64,000 nt of DNA from NCBI RefSeq assembly GCF_041248615.1, contig NZ_CP158426.1; one strand, 5' to 3'. Under the pieces are notes generated by a model. It had not been told where the DNA came from, searched no databases, and saw only the letters and a list, made by a program, of their open reading frames with translations. Positions within the stretch are counted from its first letter, which is position 1. Each line of letters opens with the position of its first letter. Below, piece after piece: positions 44,998-64,000 of the stretch. A program made the position numbers and the translations under genes. This DNA is from Escherichia coli. GTDB taxonomy: Bacteria > Pseudomonadota > Gammaproteobacteria > Enterobacterales > Enterobacteriaceae.

Positions 44998-45220
44998 AGA
45001 AGTTCCTTACACATAAAAAAACGGCCAACGTCGGAAGACGTCAGCCGCTGCTTTTTATGCATAGACCTCGCCTTCCGGCAAGGTCTCACTTACAACAAAA
45101 AAGGAATACGTCTGCGTATTCCTTTCGGGTTGCCCGGTGACCGGATGTGGTTTTGCACACATCGTAATGACGATCGACCGACAATGAAGTTACTCCCCTT
45201 TGCAGGTAACAAAGTATGAC
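44998..45220 (-). promoter_or_regulatory. alx 5' leader (pH-responsive element / yybP-ykoY-type Mn2+ riboswitch)
   Basis: Minus-strand leader contains GGGGAGUA-like motif and two hairpin-plus-U-tract structures (ggaatacg...cgtattcc UUUUUU; cggc...gccg UUUUUUU) upstream of the AAGGAA Shine-Dalgarno; assignment by position and from what is known of E. coli alx. Confidence 0.55.
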
Positions 45221-45279
45221 AGACCATTCAGCCAGTCAATGGTCTGTTACATACCTTTTACACTGTTTTACTTTGGCAA

Positions 45280-46266
45280 TTATAGTTTTACGCTATCTGC
45301 CGGAAAAATCACCCCAGTCTGGCTGCGGATCTCGGTCAGCAGTTTGGCGGTGATGCGACTGACCGCCAGCCCTGGATGATCCACCAGATGCTCATCCACC
45401 AGGGTAGCGAACAGCTCTGCTTCGTAGAGCATGGTATTAATATGCTGCGGTTGGGTGAGATCCTGCATCTGGCTGCCACGCGGCACAAAACACACTTTCT
45501 GGCATTCAGACAGTTTTTCAATCACCAGCGATCCCGCTTCGCCCTGAATCTCGCTTGCCAGGACAGAATCGCTCACTTTTGAGTGCTGCAACGTAACGCT
45601 GAAATCACCGTAATCCATCACCACCACGCCGTGGGCATCTACGCCGCTTGCCAACAAACTGGCGGTTGCCTGCACGCTTTTCGGCTCACCAAATAACGCC
45701 ACCGCTGACGCCAGACAGTAAAAGCCGATATCCATAATTGAACCGTTAGAGAATGCCGGATTAAAGGTGTTGGGATTCTCACCATCCAGGTAACGTTGAT
45801 ACCGCGAGGAATACTGGCAATAGTTGAAAAAGACTTTACGCAATTTGCCGACTTTCGGCAGCGCCTGGCGCAGCAAATAAAAGTTCGGCAGGCAGGCGGT
45901 TTTAAATGCCTCAAACAGCACCACCTGATTTTCCCGCGCACAGGCAATGGCGGCATCCACTTCCGCCAGATTCGACGCCAGCGGTTTCTCGCAAATCACA
46001 TGAATTTTATGGCTAAGGAAAAGTTGTGTCTGGGAAAAGTGCAGGGCATTCGGGCTGGCAATATACACCGCGTCAATGGCATCGCTTTCTGCCATCGCTT
46101 CCAGCGACGTAAACAGATGCTCGACAGAAAAATCATTGGCGAAGTGCTGGGCCTGTTCAAGGCTGCGGGAATATACGGCGGTTAACTTGTATTTACCGCT
46201 CTCATGGGCGGCCTCGACGAACTGGCGAGTGATCCAGTTCGTACCAATCACAGCGAAACGTATCAT
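45280..46266 (-). CDS. ygjR: Gfo/Idh/MocA-family NAD(P)-dependent oxidoreductase
   Basis: ORF track 45280..46284 trimmed to MIRFAVIGTNWITRQF... (328 aa). Confidence 0.88.
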   Translation of the reverse strand: MIRFAVIGTNWITRQFVEAAHESGKYKLTAVYSRSLEQAQHFANDFSVEHLFTSLEAMAESDAIDAVYIASPNALHFSQTQLFLSHKIHVICEKPLASNLAEVDAAIACARENQVVLFEAFKTACLPNFYLLRQALPKVGKLRKVFFNYCQYSSRYQRYLDGENPNTFNPAFSNGSIMDIGFYCLASAVALFGEPKSVQATASLLASGVDAHGVVVMDYGDFSVTLQHSKVSDSVLASEIQGEAGSLVIEKLSECQKVCFVPRGSQMQDLTQPQHINTMLYEAELFATLVDEHLVDHPGLAVSRITAKLLTEIRSQTGVIFPADSVKL

Positions 46267-46344
46267 AACGCGTGGATACTCCATAAAGGGATTCTGTCGT
46301 CAATGTAGCACGCCTTTTTCATCTTCGACGTGCGCAGATACGCA

Positions 46345-47037
46345 TTATTCTTTCGCCGGACAGCCATGCTCACTAAACGGCCCAATCATGACCGATGGCC
46401 CGAGATATTTCGGCTGGCGATGGAGGATTTTTGCGTCAATCACCGCGCTGACTCTGGCGAGTTTCTCCCGTAACTGAGTATAAAAACCGTGCTTCATATT
46501 GAGGTCTGGCGCGTTAAAGCCGATAGCGTCGATGCCGTACTGTTTTGCCAGCCAGATGGCGCGTTGGTTATGAAATTCTTGCGAAATAATGGTGATATGG
46601 TTTTCCCCAAACACCTTTTTGGCACGCACTACCGAATCCAGCGTTGAGAATCCGGCATAGTCGCAGAAGATCACTTTCGCCGGTACGCCTTTAGCGATCA
46701 AAGCCTGCTGCATACCTGAGGCTTCATCGTAATTTTTACGTCCGTTATCGCCACTTACCAGTAGCCATTTCACTTTTCCGGCGTGGTACAACGCTGCTGC
46801 GGTATCAATACGTCGGGTAAAGTAGCGATTACCCGGCCTCGCCCCCAGCAATAAACCCACGTTACGCGCCGGAACTGCGTTGACATCGCTCCAGGTCAGC
46901 TGCTTGCTGGTGTTGACCATAACGCGATCGGCAATAAAAAGGGTCGCTCCTGCTGTAAGCAACAATAAACAGCCAATCTTAAGAGTCCGGCGAGAAAAAC
47001 AAATACGGAGAAGAAGGCGGGCAAAGGCGCGCAGCAT
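46345..47037 (-). CDS. ygjQ: DUF218-domain protein
   Basis: 230 aa ORF with N-terminal membrane anchor. Confidence 0.88.
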   Translation of the reverse strand: MLRAFARLLLRICFSRRTLKIGCLLLLTAGATLFIADRVMVNTSKQLTWSDVNAVPARNVGLLLGARPGNRYFTRRIDTAAALYHAGKVKWLLVSGDNGRKNYDEASGMQQALIAKGVPAKVIFCDYAGFSTLDSVVRAKKVFGENHITIISQEFHNQRAIWLAKQYGIDAIGFNAPDLNMKHGFYTQLREKLARVSAVIDAKILHRQPKYLGPSVMIGPFSEHGCPAKE

Positions 47038-47113
47038 GGTCGTTATCCTTAACGAAAGGGGGGAGGTCGATTTTAGGCGCTAAAGGAAGAAAAGATAACG
47101 CCTGACATCATTT

Positions 47114-47617
47114 TCAGATTTTGTCCTGCCCAAGTGACAACTGCGTTAGCCACAGACGAGTGTCGAATTCAAGCTGGTGGTACTGCGGCTCCATATGACA
47201 GCACAATTGATAGAACGCTTTGTTATGCTCTTTCTCCTTCAGGTGCGCCAACTCGTGCACCACGATCATGCGCAAAAACGGTTCCGGCGCGTTGCGAAAC
47301 ACGGTAGCGACGCGGATCTCCGCCTTTGCTTTCAGCTTACCGCCCTGCACACGCGAAATAGCGGTATGTAACCCGAGCGCGTTTTTCAGCACATGGATCT
47401 TATTGTCATACATCACTTTAGTGATCGGCGGGGCATTGCGCAGAAACTGATTTTTCAGATCCTGGGTATATTGCCAGAGGGCTTTATCGGTGGCGTAGTC
47501 GTGTGTTCCCGGATAGCGTTTTGCCAGCACATCGCCCAGACGCTGTTCGTTAATCAGCGTTCGCACCTGGGAAAGTAGCTGGTCGGGATAACCCTGAAGA
47601 TAAGTAAGATTGCTCAT
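47114..47617 (-). CDS. ygjP: Metal-dependent hydrolase (HExxH, UPF0582)
   Basis: ORF track 47114..47653 trimmed to [13 protein letters not shown]... (167 aa); HELAH motif present. Confidence 0.88.
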   Translation of the reverse strand: MSNLTYLQGYPDQLLSQVRTLINEQRLGDVLAKRYPGTHDYATDKALWQYTQDLKNQFLRNAPPITKVMYDNKIHVLKNALGLHTAISRVQGGKLKAKAEIRVATVFRNAPEPFLRMIVVHELAHLKEKEHNKAFYQLCCHMEPQYHQLEFDTRLWLTQLSLGQDKI

Positions 47618-47701
47618 AACCGCCCACGAAAAAGAGAAAAAGGGTATACTCACGCACCCTTTTCAGGGGCAACGTCGAAATTTTATCATTCAGGAGGGCC
47701 G

Positions 47702-48838
47702 ATGAGCCACTTAGACAACGGTTTCCGTTCACTGACACTACAACGTTTTCCGGCGACGGATGACGTTAACCCGCTACAGGCGTGGGAAGCGGCGGATGAA
47801 TATTTGCTGCAACAGTTGGACGACACAGAAATCCGCGGCCCGGTGTTGATCCTGAATGATGCCTTTGGTGCGTTAAGTTGTGCACTGGCGGAACATAAGC
47901 CTTACAGCATTGGCGACTCATACATCAGCGAACTGGCGACGCGCGAGAATTTACGCCTCAACGGGATTGATGAATCGAGCGTGAAGTTTCTCGACAGCAC
48001 CGCTGACTACCCGCAACAGCCGGGCGTGGTACTGATCAAAGTACCGAAAACACTGGCGTTGCTGGAACAACAACTGCGTGCGCTGCGCAAAGTGGTCACG
48101 CCGGATACACGTATTATTGCCGGTGCCAAAGCCCGTGACATCCACACTTCCACGCTGGAACTGTTCGAAAAAGTGCTCGGCCCGACCACCACCACGCTGG
48201 CATGGAAGAAGGCACGCTTAATTAACTGTACTTTCAACGAGCCGCCGCTGGCCGATGCGCCGCAGACCGTTAGCTGGAAACTGGAAGGTACTGACTGGAC
48301 TATCCACAACCATGCGAATGTCTTCTCCCGCACCGGGCTGGATATTGGCGCGCGCTTCTTTATGCAGCATCTGCCAGAGAATCTCGAAGGTGAGATTGTC
48401 GATCTCGGTTGTGGTAATGGCGTTATTGGTCTGACGCTGCTTGATAAAAACCCGCAGGCGAAAGTGGTGTTTGTCGATGAATCGCCGATGGCGGTTGCTT
48501 CCAGCCGTTTGAACGTTGAAACCAACATGCCAGAGGCGTTGGATCGCTGCGAGTTTATGATCAACAACGCGCTCTCCGGCGTGGAGCCTTTCCGCTTTAA
48601 TGCTGTGCTCTGCAACCCGCCGTTTCATCAGCAACATGCGCTGACCGATAACGTCGCCTGGGAGATGTTCCACCACGCCCGCCGCTGTCTGAAAATCAAC
48701 GGCGAGCTGTATATCGTTGCCAACCGTCACCTGGATTACTTCCATAAACTGAAGAAGATTTTCGGCAACTGCACCACCATCGCCACGAATAATAAATTTG
48801 TGGTGCTGAAAGCAGTGAAGCTGGGGCGTCGTCGGTAA
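47702..48838 (+). CDS. rlmG: 23S rRNA (guanine1835-N2)-methyltransferase
   Basis: 378 aa ORF with SAM-dependent methyltransferase motifs (DLGCGNG, NPPFH). Confidence 0.92.
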   Translation: MSHLDNGFRSLTLQRFPATDDVNPLQAWEAADEYLLQQLDDTEIRGPVLILNDAFGALSCALAEHKPYSIGDSYISELATRENLRLNGIDESSVKFLDSTADYPQQPGVVLIKVPKTLALLEQQLRALRKVVTPDTRIIAGAKARDIHTSTLELFEKVLGPTTTTLAWKKARLINCTFNEPPLADAPQTVSWKLEGTDWTIHNHANVFSRTGLDIGARFFMQHLPENLEGEIVDLGCGNGVIGLTLLDKNPQAKVVFVDESPMAVASSRLNVETNMPEALDRCEFMINNALSGVEPFRFNAVLCNPPFHQQHALTDNVAWEMFHHARRCLKINGELYIVANRHLDYFHKLKKIFGNCTTIATNNKFVVLKAVKLGRRR

Positions 48839-48850
48839 GATTGGCAGCTA

Positions 48851-48942
48851 CCTGCCAGATAAGGCGTAAACGCCTTATCTGGCATACGTTCAGCACATTA
48901 CCCCCAGGTCGGATAAGACGCGGCAAGCGTCGCATCCGGCAC
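48851..48942. repeat. REP/BIME element
   Basis: ctgccagataaggcgtaaacgccttatctggcatac and ggtcggataagacgcggcaagcgtcgcatccggcac; coordinates approximate. Confidence 0.65.
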
Positions 48943-48955
48943 TTCAATGCACGAT

Positions 48956-51001
<2,046 letters not shown>

Positions 51002-51100
51002 TTATGTGGTCGGATGAGTTCTAATTTAGCCGTCGCCGGAGAAAAGGGAAAAGGGGAGTGCGGGGTTTGTGATGGGATTCAAAAAGAATACGCCCGGTGG

Positions 51101-51190
<90 letters not shown>

Positions 51191-51199
51191 CATTGCAAA

Positions 51200-63080
<11,881 letters not shown>

Positions 63081-63362
63081 TTAACATCTGTTGTTATTTT
63101 GCACGGTTTTTGTCGGGTATGGATTTGGCGATTGCTGCGCAAATGCACACTTTCAGGGCAACAACTGCCTGATTTTTGGGCAAGATAATTAACGTTTTCG
63201 TATAGTAATAGAGTGAAAGTATTTTAAATCAAGAGATTAGATTTATGCTTTAATCGCAAATTGCGATCTAAATCAAATTAATCAGTTAAAGATAACCGCA
63301 GCGGGGCCGACATAAACTCTGACAAGAAGTTAACAACCATATAACCTGCACAGGACGCGAAC

Positions 63363-64000
63363 ATGTCTTCTCATCCGTATGTCACCCAGCAAAATACCCC
63401 GCTGGCGGACGATACCACTCTGATGTCCACTACCGATCTGCAAAGCTATATCACTCATGCTAATGACACTTTTGTGCAGGTGAGCGGCTTTACCTTGCAA
63501 GAGTTACAAGGGCAGCCGCACAACATGGTGCGTCACCCGGATATGCCAAAAGCGGCGTTTGCAGATATGTGGTTCACCCTGAAAAAAGGGGAGCCCTGGA
63601 GCGGCATCGTGAAAAATCGCCGCAAAAATGGCGACCATTATTGGGTGCGGGCCAATGCGGTACCGATGGTGCGCGAGGGAAAAATCAGTGGCTATATGTC
63701 GATTCGTACCCGGGCGACGGATGAAGAGATCGCGGCGGTGGAGCCGCTGTACAAAGCGTTAAACGCCGGACGTACCAGTAAACGTATTCATAAAGGCCTG
63801 GTGGTGCGTAAAGGCTGGCTGGGTAAACTGCCTTCATTACCGCTTCGCTGGCGGGCGCGTGGCGTGATGACCCTGATGTTTATCTTGCTGGCGGTCATGC
63901 TTTGGTTTGTTGCTGCCCCGGTGGTGACGTATATCCTCTGTGCGTTAGTGGTATTGTTGGCAAGCGCCTGTTTTGAATGGCAGATTGTCCGCCCGATAGA
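63363..64000 (+). CDS. aer: Aerotaxis receptor Aer, N-terminal part (3' end outside window)
   Basis: ATG at 63363 opens a frame to the window end; MSSHPYVTQQNTPLADDTTLMSTTDLQSYITHAN... with a PAS domain. Confidence 0.85.
   Translation, partial: MSSHPYVTQQNTPLADDTTLMSTTDLQSYITHANDTFVQVSGFTLQELQGQPHNMVRHPDMPKAAFADMWFTLKKGEPWSGIVKNRRKNGDHYWVRANAVPMVREGKISGYMSIRTRATDEEIAAVEPLYKALNAGRTSKRIHKGLVVRKGWLGKLPSLPLRWRARGVMTLMFILLAVMLWFVAAPVVTYILCALVVLLASACFEWQIVRPI

Overview
This window is an Escherichia coli-type chromosomal segment, called from gene content and order and from an RNase P RNA (rnpB) whose sequence I recognise. It is colinear with the K-12 map from agaR to aer, read in reverse orientation relative to the standard map. 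Order: agaR (partial), yhaV-prlF, garD, garPLRK, rnpB, yhaC, yhaB, tdcR, tdcABCDEFG, cyuPA, yhaL, yhaK, yhaJ, yhaI, yhaH, yqjG, yqjF, yqjK, yqjE, yqjD, yqjC, mzrA, yqjA, exuR, a four-gene fimbrial operon, exuT, uxaCA, ygjV, sstT, alx, ygjR, ygjQ, ygjP, rlmG, fadH, ygjKJI, ebgCAR, ygjH, patA, aer (partial). Most of it is conserved core genome. Gene starts were trimmed from the ORF track (which also opens ORFs at TTG/GTG) to the positions I recall for the K-12 proteins. The main finding is a visibly AT-rich ~5.4 kb block between exuR and exuT encoding a class 5 (CS1/CFA-I-like, alternate chaperone-usher) fimbrial operon: chaperone, major pilin, usher, tip adhesin. From memory K-12 has exuT and exuR adjacent, so this looks like a strain-specific insertion with no mobility genes or cognate regulator nearby. 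Other points worth a second look: an in-frame TAG splitting yhaC, which also carries about ten pentapeptide repeats; tandem repeats of the rnpB 3' end next to an AT-rich yhaC-yhaB block; a GC-rich palindrome-dense element between sstT and alx; and the structured alx leader. No CRISPR array, IS element, integrase or prophage gene was seen. All homology statements are from reading the translations and from memory; nothing was searched or computed.
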